Positions 21,426 through 34,500 of a stretch of 64,000 nt of DNA are shown in pieces. Numbering within the stretch: the first letter of the stretch is position 1; each line of letters begins with the position of its first letter. The position numbers were made by a program, and so were the translations under genes. Source of the DNA: Corallochytrium limacisporum Hawaii. Lineage: Eukaryota > Protista > Pluriformea. The stretch covers positions 1 to 64,000 of the forward strand of contig PDIP01000056.1 of the NCBI GenBank assembly GCA_002811645.1, written 5' to 3'. The notes beneath the pieces are model-generated. The model saw only the letters and a list, made by a program, of their open reading frames with translations. It had not been told where the DNA came from and searched no databases.

Positions 21426-21824
21426 GTGCTTCCGTTCCTCAAAGCACGGTACTTTTCCAAAGGTGGCAAGCAAGTGTTGCTCTCCGGGGCTACCGTCTCA
21501 CGTATCCTTTCGGGTTTTGGATTTGACATGCACGAGCTCGGATTGTTGCAGTCCAACGGCCAAGTGTTCTACATCCCCGCGGCGCTCCTGGTCAAAAAGG
21601 ATGCTCATGTATTTGGGTTCGCGGCTATGCGTATTTTGGTTTGGGTTTTGGTCCTGATGGTCGATGTATACAACATGGTGCTCGGACATGCCGCTAGCTC
21701 ATTGACAGACTACCAGATCAAGTCACTCGTCCGTGCATTAAGCATGCTAAAGCCGATGGACCCAACAAATAACAGACCACAGATAGGATGCGCTTGCGGT
21801 GACCGTCTGGACCCAACAGGTTAG
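21426..21824 (+). pseudogene. Possible gene fragment (open frame without a proper upstream ATG)
   Basis: An open frame of about 135 codons with coding-like C/G-ending codons and a hydrophobic segment. It has an in-frame TGA at 21405, its first ATG is internal, and I do not recognise a family. Confidence 0.25.
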
Positions 21825-23533
21825 CGAAGTGGCTTTTTTGGGATACACGTACACGCAACAAACCCACCCAGCAAGGGGGTGCGGGACCAGGGAAGACCTA
21901 GAATTTCATTCTGAATGTACCATAGGAAATTCCATCGTCACTCAATTCCTTAGATTGAGTTCCGACAACGTAACTCCCAGATTGAGGGGGCCCCCGTGCG
22001 TCCGTGCAAGTTCAAAGGCGTAGCTTCCACAAAGCAATCCAAACAAATAACCCAAAACAAAACACGCGCACTGGCGGAGCAGCTGCATGTTCATACCATG
22101 CTAGGAGAGCAGGATAAGCAGCGTCTTGTAACGGTGGCTGACACCAGGATGAGAATTTGCGAATCTTTCGCTGTAGCCAGCCGGAGACCCTCTGAGGCAA
22201 AGAAGCAGGGCCAGGCGCTGATTCTCCGGCCCCACAAGACGATCACTTTCATCATATTCATAGTGCTCCGCGCCAGCAAAATAGGGATCACCAAAAAACC
22301 TCCACGGGCCCCATATTTGCCTCGTTTACGCGAACCTTTGGTTTCCGGTTGCCACTCAACAAACGCACGAACGCGTGTCAAACGTACCACAGAGCACCGC
22401 AGCTCTGGCCTGGTCCCGACTGGTGATCTGTTCACTGGCAGCCCAATCGTCATAATGTCGGCGGAAAAACAGGGATGAAGCCAAGGGAGCAGGACACAAG
22501 GTGGACTGCTTTGGCAACGCTGTCCCTCAGGTTATTGTTGTTATTTGCATCCCGTTGCTCCTTGTTTGCATTCAGTGGCATGCGGTGCGTTCTTCTGACA
22601 TACATTCCACCATGGCGATAACACTGATGCACGGTCGTCCCGGATAAGAGGCGTCCAACAGCTGTGGTGCGGGTCAGCCAGATCTCGAACATACATAATG
22701 GTACAGTGACAGTGCACCAGAAGTACAGACAAGGAATTATGCAGCATAAATGCAATAAGGAAAGAGATGTTCGTACCAGGAGGTGGTGGATGGCTACGCA
22801 GGAACAGAATAGTAACCGTGTCAGTCAAGGATCTCCCTGTGCCGATCATTGACTGAACCAAGCTGTGCAGACCAGCACATCTCTCATTGCACTTAAGGCC
22901 TTGCCACATAAGCATGCTCTTGACATCCGGAGACACACCCTCAGCCACAAAGGCGAGAAAGACATGCGCGAGTCTTTGGTTTGACTCGATGATCGAACAC
23001 AGTCCGTCGATGATGCGATAGCCCTGGAATTTGATGACTATTTAATCATACGTCCTTTTTTTTCAGGTTCGTTCAAGTCTGGAAAGCAAGTCGGCGCTGG
23101 CAAACGCCTCGATTGCTCAGAAACCTCGGAAAACACCTGCGGAGAAAACAAAAGATAAGAAAGAGACAATAAGCAAAGCCACGGAACAGACAGACGCCAT
23201 GAGGAAAAAGAAGGAGAGAAAAAAAAATTGGGAAAAGGTTCCGGTAACACACAAATCGCAAGTCATTCCGCTTTCACAAAACCGCTGTCGACGTCCCCCG
23301 ACTTTCGGGGTTGTCTACTCCGCAGCGCTTCGGGTGAAGGGGCCGGAAGGAGGGGGGAGATCCCTTTCGTTGCCCTTCAAAACGATGGCACTTCCCGGCG
23401 AGACCGCGCTCCTCTCCGGGCGGAAATCACAGCCAGCTTCTCCCCAAAGCTTTGCCTCCGGCCCACAAACTGAAGCCCTCGTTAAATCTAAAATTCTACC
23501 AATACTATATATACTTATTTTTCGCCAAAGTGC

Positions 23534-23617
23534 CTTTGGTTGACCGAGTGGCCTAAGGTGGGAGACTTAAGATCTCTTGTGCAACAGCACGCGCGGGTTC
23601 GAATCCTCATGAGGAGA
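23534..23617 (+). tRNA. tRNA-Leu(UAA)-like gene with a defective T-stem/acceptor 3' strand (probable pseudo-tRNA)
   Basis: A-box TGACCGAGTGG, D-stem ACC/GGT, anticodon arm GGAGA-CT-TAA-GA-TCTCT, Leu-type variable arm GTGC-AACA-GCAC, B-box GGTTCGAATCC, A73, upstream TATATATA (23506-23513) and a T6 terminator (23640-23645). Five contiguous 3' positions (CATGA, 23608-23612) do not pair. Confidence 0.75.
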
Positions 23618-25321
23618 GAATTGCCAGTATCCGCGAGTCTTTTTTCCTTCTAGGCGAAATCCCCGCACCCACCAACTTTTACCGTGGTTTTCTTTGTTCA
23701 CGCAAAGAACTCTCACGTTTTGGTTTTTCAACAACCAAAGCCTGAGACTTTTTCTCTCTTTGAAATCCTTCTTTTCTCTCTCCTGAATGTCTGTTTGAAT
23801 TTTCAATTCTTCTTCTGTTGAATGTTTTCTTTGGGAACCTTCGGTTTTGCCCCGCCTTGTCTTTGTCCAGCACGAAGAAGGAACGGCAGAGGGGAGGCCT
23901 TTACCCGAACAAAGCGACAAAGAACAAAAACAATTTAAGGAGAATTAGACAATTGGGAAATTATGAAACAGAGGCAAGAACAAGGCGGTTGGACAGCAAG
24001 TTTAGCATTTTTAATTTCTTTTTTAGTCAGCGGTGGAATACCCAGAATTTGTGCCAGTTTCTCTTCGACGTCTCTCACAGGTTTTTCACACTTCCGTTAA
24101 GGAAACCCCTGACTTTTTCCCTGGACCTTTACCCAGTATTTCCCTTTCCTTTGCTTCTCTCTATATTCTTTAGAGCGGGGGTCAACCACTTTGGAAGGGG
24201 GGATGTATTGGGGAGGAAAAGGGAGGGAGCCAGGTTAGTGAGGAACTCGGGAGAGAAAGAGAAGAGAGAGACACTGTCTCTTGGCCCAAAGTCTTCTTCC
24301 CCTTGACTATAGGGAATGTACTGCAGTTGCTTGCTTGCGTTCTTGTCTTTGTCACCTTGCTTGCCTTTGTTTCGTTTTCCGTTTGTCTTCTCGCCCGCCC
24401 AGGGTTGTTTTGGCTCTTGTGCTGTTTTGGTGGGGTCTGCCTCTGTATGCGTACGTTCTTTCTCTCTTTTCATCGGCTGACGAATAAAGGCGAGTAAGAC
24501 TTTGCTGGTTCCCCGTCGTGAAAATATTGCAGGGGAAGGGAGGAAACTTTCAGAAATTCGGAGAAAGGGAGAAAGATTTTGGGGAGGGAAGAGTCCCGGG
24601 TATTTTTTTTTTTGCACTTTGATCGCCACCACCGTGTGCATCATGGACGGCATCATGTCCCTCATCACCACTGCTATATACTTTTCAAAGGTTGTATTCA
24701 TGCTCAGTGCCGCCAAGAAAGGCGTATTCTTCTTTATGGGTGCTACGTCGGCCTTCTGGCCGTAGGAATAGTACTGGCCACGTAGTCGGTGTCTGTTGCC
24801 CACCGATCATCGGGTCTTCGGGGAATCGTGATATCCGTGGTACCAAGGACAACCCGCACGAAAGCCAGCTGGCAGCTGTGTATATGAAAACTGCTGGATC
24901 TTGATGTCCATCAATCTGAGGACTATCAGTGTGCTTCATGGACCGCAGCCACGTACACAAACTGTACATCGGGCTGTCGCACATGCTTAAGCTGCCCATC
25001 GGTTGTCCATCTCGACACTCTCGTTGCTTTCCAAGCGCATCTCGAACAGATCGTGCAACTACAACAGGGACTACGTGTTCCTACTGTAGTAGTTTTACAG
25101 GTGCAAGATACCGATGTTGGATAGCGTATACAGCAACTTAGACACGGCACTGATCAGTTTTGTGAGGGCAGCCTGTGCACCGCTCTCCAAGGGACTCGAA
25201 GATCAGGGCCCATGATCCCAGGCTTTCCGTATCCGAAACTCATCTTTGTTTCATCACGCTCCGTCACATGACGATATGCTTATGCATGCTCCCGATGGTT
25301 GCATCTTTTGTCTCGTCAAAT

Positions 25322-25723
25322 TTACGTGGCCTTGTTTATGCGATCGATGAGGTCCTGAGTTGCGTGAGCAATCTTGTCATAGTCCGTGTTCTGCTGCCAG
25401 GCCTGCTTTGTGCCATCGTACAGGGCATATTTGCCTTTGATATCTCCAGACTCAAATGTGAGGAAGTGAGACTTGACTTCATTGTCAAAGTACGTTCGAA
25501 TCTCTCCCTTGCCGTCTAGGTTATACAAGAAAGTCCCGTCCTTCGCCATTTCAACCTTTGCCTCGTCGAACCAGTCAGGTTTGTCTGCTTTCAGTGTGTC
25601 CAGTACGATGGCACTGTATGGATGGACATAGGGCGTGCTGTACCAGCGGTGCCCCATGTTCCAGCCCATGCTTTTCTTTAAAAGCTGGGTGTGCAATGGT
25701 CTGAGAGCTCGGAACCGATTCAT
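25322..25723 (-). CDS. Hypothetical protein, 133 aa, probable mitochondrial presequence
   Basis: A at -3. The N-terminus is Arg/Lys/Leu-rich and acid-free, ending in RWYS, and is followed by a globular-looking region with coding-like codon use. Confidence 0.72.
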   Translation of the reverse strand: MNRFRALRPLHTQLLKKSMGWNMGHRWYSTPYVHPYSAIVLDTLKADKPDWFDEAKVEMAKDGTFLYNLDGKGEIRTYFDNEVKSHFLTFESGDIKGKYALYDGTKQAWQQNTDYDKIAHATQDLIDRINKAT

Positions 25724-28700
25724 TCTTCTTCATGTGGCACACGGAGCCGAGTGCTCCACCCCAAGCCTTGGATCTCTGATACAGACACGTGTTTGTGCTA
25801 AGATGCCCAAGTTTATAAGCCACACAGCCAGAGACAGAAAAACAACTCCCAAGTACCACGTTCGGACGTGTTGCATGACGTCTCCCGTAGTGCGCGACCC
25901 AGACCACATCGAGACTCCTCTCCACCCATCTGCACACCACCACCACCCCCCCTGGGGAGACTGTCAACAGCTTTTAGGCCCTCCGTATATCTATCCGCCG
26001 TATATCAAATTTGCCCTCCCCCTCCCGGATTTGCACAAAGCGCGCCGAAACTTTAGGATTCGGGAGCAGCAGCAGGTGCTGCCGCACACACGGCGAGGAG
26101 GGGGGAAAGAGGATGTAGAAGGGGGGAAAGGAGAGGGGAGGGGAGAGACACGAAGGAGGCGGGGGGGGAAAGGGAGGGAAAGGGGAGAGACCAGGGGAAA
26201 GCGATGCGGAAGGAGGGGGGGGAGGGGGGAGAAGGATTTGGAAGCCGCGGAAGCGAACGAGGCACTGGGTCAGCTTTGGGGAGGCGTTGAGCTGTGGATG
26301 GTGCACCATGGCGATGGCGAATGCTCTAAGAATGGATACCATCGTTTGTCTTAGGCTCATGACATTAAATAGTCGCATGATAACGACACGATAACCATCG
26401 ACATAGCTGGACAGACGAGGATGATGAGGGGAAATCCTAGACTCGGCGATTGGACCACAGATGTTGTATGCACAACGGAACAAACGAACGTGAAGACAGG
26501 AAATAATGTTATGCCGACCACATGGCGGTGCGCAGGATTAGTCCGCCGACCTCAGACCCTGATTAGGAATGAAAGGGCTATCGTTAGGTGAAGAATTGCC
26601 GGTATCCATTTCCTGCCTATTCCGGTAAGGTTCCGTGGTAACGGGCGATGAACATGGATCCGGATGCGGTAGCGGGGAATTCGGGTGAATGTAGGCGTCT
26701 GATTGGTAATGAGTGTTTTGTAGGACTGTCATGGATGTTCACATAGTGCCCTGGGACGCCGTAGTAACTGTCCGTGAACGAACTTCCCGAGGTCAATGTA
26801 GACCCTTGGGTCCGCGACGTAGGCAGAATGAAACAGACAGATATTTTCGCCTGTCTCTAATACGTACCGTGCGCACATCCGCTGCGCACTCCACCCTTAT
26901 TCATAGCCGGGCCTTCTAATACACCTCTACAGTGCGAAGCGTCCATACTTTCACGACAATCATCATCTGACATGGCACTTCATGCCCTACCTGTACTGTT
27001 TTGTCCCGTTCCTGATGAAGGTTTGGAAGAGTTTACTCTGTGCGAGATATTGTTCAACCGTCTTACTGACTAAGCCTACATATTGAGTGGAATGGTCGCT
27101 TTCCCCCCCCCCCCTTTTCCCTCCTCTGTGGGGGAAAGGGAGTGCAGAAGGGGGGAAAGCAAATCAATAGAAACGCCCGGTCTGCGCTTCTCAGGCGTGG
27201 ACAACTGGATGGTGAATGCCCCATTGTGCATGACCTTGAGCCTTTCATTTTCTCTTCCTGTGGCATGTTTCTTCTGGGATACCAATCATGATCCATGTCA
27301 GAAGGCAAGCAGTCGTCGCACTTCAACACGATTGCCGTTTGGGGCATGCGTCAGGAACCATACATGCGTCGGGAAAGGTGCCTATGATGAGTGTTTGTTG
27401 ACTACTAGAGGAAGTAAATTGCTGTGCGCATCTTAGGCATTAAGACATCCTCGCAACAACTTTGCAGGATGTCTACTGCTTGAAGGAACGTGCCCTTGGA
27501 AAGTTGTCAGTTCAAAGGATGGTCTCTCCCATATGCCTGGGTAGATTATCGTCGCCATCTTCACATCTATGGTTGTATTTCTTTGCCAGCACCCCTGAGC
27601 GCAACACCATAGTAGCTGCCATGAGGTCCACCATGTGTATTCAACAGAGCAGCGGTTTTCTCTATCAGCACCCGGTAACAACTGTGCTACTACTTGTGCC
27701 CAACTTGAGCTGGGCAGATGCAGACACCCCCCTCCTCCGCCCAAGCCCTGGGGCACCGGGGCCGTCGTCGTCCGTACGCGCATACCAGCCGCAGGCGCGC
27801 TCTTCCACGCTGAGGCCCCTTCCCCCGGCCCGAGGGGGGGGCCTCCCGTGCATTTTCTTTGCTGAGGCTCTCCCTTTGTGTGGCCCCAACTCCTTTTTTT
27901 GTTTTGGTTTGCGGAAGTAGGTAGTGAAAGTACTGGATCTGAAGGACTGGAAGGGGGCATACTCCGGGGAAATGATGACGGAAGCCAGGCCAGTGTGGCT
28001 TACGCTGTCATTCCTGGCAGAAGTCGGAACATATGCGACATAACCTCAGTATATTTAATATACAAAATAAGTTTGTTGTTGTTTTTCTTCCGTTCGTTTT
28101 TCTAGGTGACTGTAACCTGAGTGGCTCTGCTGCTCTCTCCCACTCGGGCTCTACCCGATGTCTTTTTGTAACTCTTTTGCAGCCGCTGGCGCGTGTTTTG
28201 CGGTACATTTGTATAGCGAACCCAGGTGCTGACGAATCAACCACGACAGAGCAAGAACCCCATTTTTTTGACGTGGCGGAAGCCCGGTTCGGAATGGACC
28301 TATACAGTACATACATACTAAGAATTACCCCGCAACGTCGACCAGGTTTTCCTTAAACCTCCTGTTTGCTTCCTCATTGTTGATCTTTGATCGGATCTGA
28401 TATGTCAGTACATTCACTATGTCAAAGTTTTTCACTACCGGGCCCAATCAAGAAAAAGCAGTCCCTCGCCTATCACCACCATCATTCCCTATTTGCCAAA
28501 TATACCCATACAATCGACGTCCACTACCGCAACCCACACCCGTTTCGACATTTTGCTTTTGAGATCCTTCAAAACCTACGAGCCCCTAGGTATCTCGTTC
28601 CAGTATTCATTCCGTAAGCATCTGACCGGCTTGGTACAGGAAACGTACGCAACTTACCCGACAGCACCCCACTCCCAACATTGCACAATCGGGATCCAGA

Positions 28701-30158
28701 TCGGCCAACCCTTCGCTGAACTCCAAGTGTTTATTACTCCGCCGCCTCCCTTCCCTCACACACATATCCGTAATATTCCAGTACTTTCAGTATTCAGATC
28801 CGCAAAAAGCACACCCAAAGCGCAGGAACAAGCCTCACGAACCCGTGTTTGCGTCATTCCGTCCATTCTCGCAAGCTCTTGCCGTCGTAAGAGATCCGGA
28901 CCGACAGTTCAATACTGAATGTACTCATATTTCAGTGTTCCAGCAGGCCTTCTTCCGAGGCAGAGTAGGACACGAAGGACTGAAGGAGGAAGGAAGAAAA
29001 TGAAAAGGGAGGTCCCCCCCCCCTCCCCCTTTTCTTGCTGAATCGCCTGCTGCCCCACCACCCCCGTTTCTGCGTTGGACCAGGGCAGCAGTGCGTGGCG
29101 GTTTGCTAACTTTTTCTCTGCGGCCAAAACCTCGATCGCCCCTTTTCTCAATAGTGAGTGTATGGCAGGCAGGTTTCTAGTTTTTACTTTGCCTCTTTTT
29201 TTTTCTTTTTCTTTCTTTCTTTGCCGGTGTTTGCGGTTGGAGTCTTAGCTCCGCTCCTGCGGTGTGGCGGCGCACCGTCTCGCGCAGTATTAGAGCCACC
29301 GTTCGTGTCCCCTCTGGCGTAGGGCTTCTAGTCCTGGCCTCAGGCAGACGGCAGCAACCGCCAATTTACCAGAGTCCAGTCCCCCGACCGAGGTCAGCTT
29401 CCCTTTGGAACAAATTCAGAGATCTCTCTATCTGTCCCCTGCCATTTATTACTGCACGCTTCTACTTATTTTCGAATCCCTAGGGCATTACTTTTTTTTT
29501 GGTCTGCACCGAACCGAGCTTGCTTCCCCGCCGGACCATTCTTTCAAGCGCGAAAAATGGAGGTCACCCAGGCGGCAAAAAAAAAAAGGAAGAAAAAAAA
29601 TAGAGGGAAAGAGAGTGTATGGTTCAGAATGGGTACCACCCTGCTTCCCGCTCTTTTTCTTTTGGATTTTTCTTTCTGGTTCTCCCGTCTGGTTCCCTTT
29701 TGGGCTCCCCTCCGCCTTGTGTGTTTATTTAAGAACTGTGCCTGTGGTGTGTTCGACAGACGATCTCTACCCGTTTGTTTCTCCCTGGTTATTATATTGA
29801 ATAATAGGACTGGTCCCTGAAACTGCTCTTTCGGTGTTAGTATCGTTCGAACTCTTTGGTCACGGTGATGCAGGTGCTGTGCTTCCTCCCCGGGTTCCTA
29901 ATACTGTGTGTAGGGGTTAGGTCAGTCCCCCCCCCTTTTTTTTCTCTCTGTTCAGTATTTCTCTTTGGGGCTCCCCCCAATGATCAGATACGCACAAATA
30001 ACAGAACGAATGAAAAACCGCCTGCACACAACATCGTCCCGGGAAAAACAAAAACATATACACTCGCACACACCTGCCTCCCCTCCCCTCCCTCCCCTCT
30101 CAGTTCTAACTCTCCGTGTGTGCACTCTGTGTCCCATAATTTTCCCACCTTCCCCCCC

Positions 30159-30479
30159 NNNNNNNNNNNNNNNNNNNNNNNNNNNNNNNNNNNNNNNNNN
30201 NNNNNNNNNNNNNNNNNNNNNNNNNNNNNNNNNNNNNNNNNNNNNNNNNNNNNNNNNNNNNNNNNNNNNNNNNNNNNNNNNNNNNNNNNNNNNNNNNNNN
30301 NNNNNNNNNNNNNNNNNNNNNNNNNNNNNNNNNNNNNNNNNNNNNNNNNNNNNNNNNNNNNNNNNNNNNNNNNNNNNNNNNNNNNNNNNNNNNNNNNNNN
30401 NNNNNNNNNNNNNNNNNNNNNNNNNNNNNNNNNNNNNNNNNNNNNNNNNNNNNNNNNNNNNNNNNNNNNNNNNNNNNNN
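30159..30479. other. Assembly gap (N run)
   Basis: Run of N that begins right after a poly-C tract. Confidence 1.
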
Positions 30480-31505
30480 AGTATGGCGGGACGGTAATGA
30501 AATGGCAGGAGACCTGGAGAGCGAGGGGCGGTGAACCCCCCGGGGGGGGGGATGGAAGGGGGGAGGGAATCGCCAGCAGAGACCGAGTGGCAACACACGG
30601 GCAAGGGTGTTGGAGTCAGCCCCCAACCTAAGTTTTTAAACAAAGCCCCCATCGTAAAGAATTCGGGAACTTTCAGATCTATACTGAACGTACCGCACCT
30701 GTTGTGCAGAGCCTCGTACTGTGCATGGATGTGCGTGCGGAATTTCTACGTTCTTGTCCATGCGTGTGTGTTCTCTGTCGCTCTCTTTCTCTCTGCTCTC
30801 TGCTCTCTCTCTCTCTCGCTCGCTCGCTTCGTCTGTCTCTGGCCCAGAGTTTTTTTTTTTTGAAAGTCATTCAGGAGCGGGAGGGGGGGGGGCGTCCCGC
30901 CTGCGCTTGTTGCTGGTGCCCCTCTTCCCCCGTCTGGTCCCCCCTCCCCCTCCGTAGGACGCAAAAAGGGGAGAGAAAAGTCAGTGTTTTTTCTTCTGTT
31001 TGGTGAAATGGGCAACACCATACGTACGTAGCACACGGAAGCTCTGGTCTCTTCAGTCTGCGCTGCAGAGTGGTTTGGGATGCACATTTTTGGTCTGTCT
31101 GTTTTTATTTAGAATACGAAGTACCGCATACTTTTGTTCCAGAGTTTTATTGTCTGAAGTTTTTCGCAATCTGTTTGCAGGTTGCACGTATCTTCGGACT
31201 TGGTTGGTACTTTCGAACTGGAAACAGATTGGATAGCAGGGGATAAGAGATATATTTAAGCACTCAGTATTTACACAGAGGCAAAGACAAAGGTTTTTGG
31301 ACTTTGTGTGCTTGTAAATCGCTGAACTTTACAACAGGCTTAGATACATATCTGCTTGTTTTGTTTGGCAAGCATGGAATAGGTTTAGAGAACACATTTT
31401 CATCGGTAACACTCTGCAAATGGATAATTCTAATTAATTATTATTCCAAGACATATCAAATCGGGATATATCTTAGACCACATACACTTGTAGCAAACAC
31501 CAACC

Positions 31506-34500
31506 ATGGGTGTCGGTCGAGGTGATGAGGCAGTCGACGGAGACTTGCTAGAGGACTTCTTTACGGTGGTCCAAGAATATAGGTATAATGACTCTGGTGA
31601 TGAACTGTCCCATTGGTTCATGAAGCTGCAGGTCGACCCCGCTGCATTTGAGGAAGGCAGCGGTGTGTCGAATCCCTTGGCTCTAGGAGACGTTCGTCAG
31701 AACATGGAAGACGCCAAGTACACCACTGTGAAGGCTTTGGCTGACGACATGCACAAGGCCTTGCTCGGCTTCAAGAACTATCACGGCAAGAACAGCGAAA
31801 AGGGCCGTGCTGCCCAGCGGCTGATTCGCATTACGGAGTCTATGAGGCGCATTATAGACCCTCACACTGACGCCTTTGCTGATCTTCTGGGGTTGGAAGA
31901 CCAGCAGAAGTGTGAGTATACTCTTCGCAAGGTGGCCTACGCCAAGGACGAGAATGAGGGCCGTTACATTTCTGATGCTTTCTGGTCCCTGCCGGACAAG
32001 AAAGAGTTGCCTGATTACTATGCAACTCTAAAGCATCCCATTGACTTCTACACCATCCAGACGCGTGTGGCGAGCGACTACTACTTTGACCCTGAACAGG
32101 ACGGTGGAGGCGTGACAGTATTTTTGCAGGACATGTATCGGCTGCTGGATAATGCACGGGTTTACAATGCTGAGGGCTCTCCCATCTACACTGACGCCGG
32201 TCGGATGGAGACCATCATGCACAAGGCCATGGGTCCTCTGGGCCTTAAGAAACGTGGCAAGATCCCGGATATTGCTGACCTTATCACGGAAGCTGCACAG
32301 AAGAAAATGGGTCTGAATGGATCAAATAACAAGAAACGGAAGCTGAACCCGCAGCAACAGGCCATGATGGACGTCGTGAGCTCGGTGTCAAACTACAAGA
32401 ACGCGAAGGGAAAGAAGCTGGCGGACCCCTTGCAGCGGTTACCATCGCGTGCGGAACTTCCGGATTACTACAAGGTCATTCCGGATCCAATGGATCTGGA
32501 GACTCTGAAGCGCAACGTCCAGGAAGGTGTTTATGAGACAGCTGCAGAGTTTGACAAGGATATGATGAAGATCTTCCTCAACGCGCGCATCTACAACAAC
32601 GAGGGAAGCGTCATTTTCGAGAACGCACAGATCCTGGAGAAGGTCTACCAGCAGAAGCGCAAGGAATTGCTGAACGCGGAAGATGACGAAGATGACGAAG
32701 ATGACGAAGACGAGGAAGAGGAAGAAGAGGAGGAGGAGGAGGAAGCTCCTCCAAAGAAGAAGAAGAAGAAGCTCTCCACAAAGAAGGACGGCGACAAGAA
32801 GAAGAAGAAGAAGAAGAAGGTCAAGAATGTCAAGAAGGCTGCCTCGGAGAAGGCCAAAAAGAAGAAGAAGAAGAAGAAGAAGGTCAAGAATGTCAAGAAG
32901 GCTGCCTCGGAGAAGGCCAAAAAGAAGAAGAAGAAGGGAAAGAAGGGCAGTGGTGTCTCCAGCAACGGTGGCTCCAAAAAGAACCTTATTCCGGATGAGA
33001 TGGTTGCTCATGTGGTTAAACAGAAACCAAAACCCCTTGTTAAGCAGGACCAGAGCAGCAGCAGTGTGGATGTTACCGGATGGACGCCACAGAAGCTACG
33101 GGACGAGTACCTTACAGTGATGAGGAAGATGCGAAACATCGAGGACAACGGGCGTAAGGCCTGCGAAAAGTTCTTCAAGTTGCCGAGCCGCAAGGAACAG
33201 CCTGCCTACTATCAGACCATTGACCAGCCGATTGACTTCGTTATAATTGAGGAGAGGATCAAGGCCCACAAGTACCCGCACCCGGACGAGTTCTACGAGG
33301 ACATGAAGCTACTTATCAACAATGTGAAGCACGTATACACATCGGGAACACAGAGTCATCGGGATGCCACCCGTCTGCAAAAGGCCTTTTGGAAGGCCTT
33401 TACGCGCCACTTTGTGCTCCAGAAGCCGTTCAAACAGGCAGCCAAGGAGGCGCAGGGTGCCCATCTGCCCACGGCCCGTGGTGTGATCCGTGCGGCTCCA
33501 GGTACGCGCAAGAAAGAGGGCAAGAAAAAGAAGAAGGGAGACAAGCTCAAACAACCTAAGGGTGTTGCCCCGAAGTCCAAGGCGTCTTCCAGTGGCGCTG
33601 CTGGGGCGTTGGACCCGGAAAAGATGCGGACTCTGGTGGAAAAGACATTCAAGGCGTTACAAGCCCACAAGGACTACAGCCAATTTGGTCCGTTGCTCAT
33701 GTCAGCGCCTCCGCGCACCCAGCAACAGTATTACTTGGTGGTGAAGCGCCCCATGGACTTAAAATTGATCCAGACGCATCTGAAGGCCGGTGGTTATCAG
33801 GTCATCGAACAGTTGGACGCCGACATTGTGCAGATCTACGCCAACACGACGATTTACTACCCGGAGGACTCGAAACATTACGAGGCAGCTGAGCTGATCA
33901 AGAAGACGTACGAGAAGGTCCGCAAGCAGACCTTCGGCAATAAGGTCAAGCCCATGGACGAGAGCTGCGAGATTGATGATCGCGGCCAGGTTGTGTACCG
34001 CCGGGATCTGGGCTCTGGTATTACCGATCCTCTGCCCATTCCAGAATCGCCACTGGAGAATATCCTGTTTGCAATTTGGACGGAGTTCCTTAATCTGCAG
34101 GCCGATGCGGGCTATGCCATGCACGAACCGTTCGATGTGCTACCAAAGCCGAAGGACCTGCCGGATTACTACGTCATGATCAAGAATCCGATTGATCTGC
34201 AGCAGATTCGCATGCGTCTGGTCAACCGTTACTACCGGTCTCTGAGTATGTTCCAGCATGATCTCTTCCGCATGTTCCGGAACTGCCGTGTCTTCAATGA
34301 CAGTGCCTCTGACCTGTACGCTGACTGTATCACACTGCAGAAGCACTACATTACCCTGCGCGATGAGATTTGCCAGAAGATGTTGGGCAGCCGCCTTGAC
34401 TCGAGCGCCCTGCGCTACGACCACTCTGAACTGGAGAACGAGTTGGCCGACTTCGAGGTGCTCGCACGCGCTGAGGAAGGTGCCAACCAAAAGCCCCCCG

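Noticed and set aside
29856-30652. ORFs spanning the N gaps (also 61904-62593)
   Set aside because: They are artefacts of translating through N runs.
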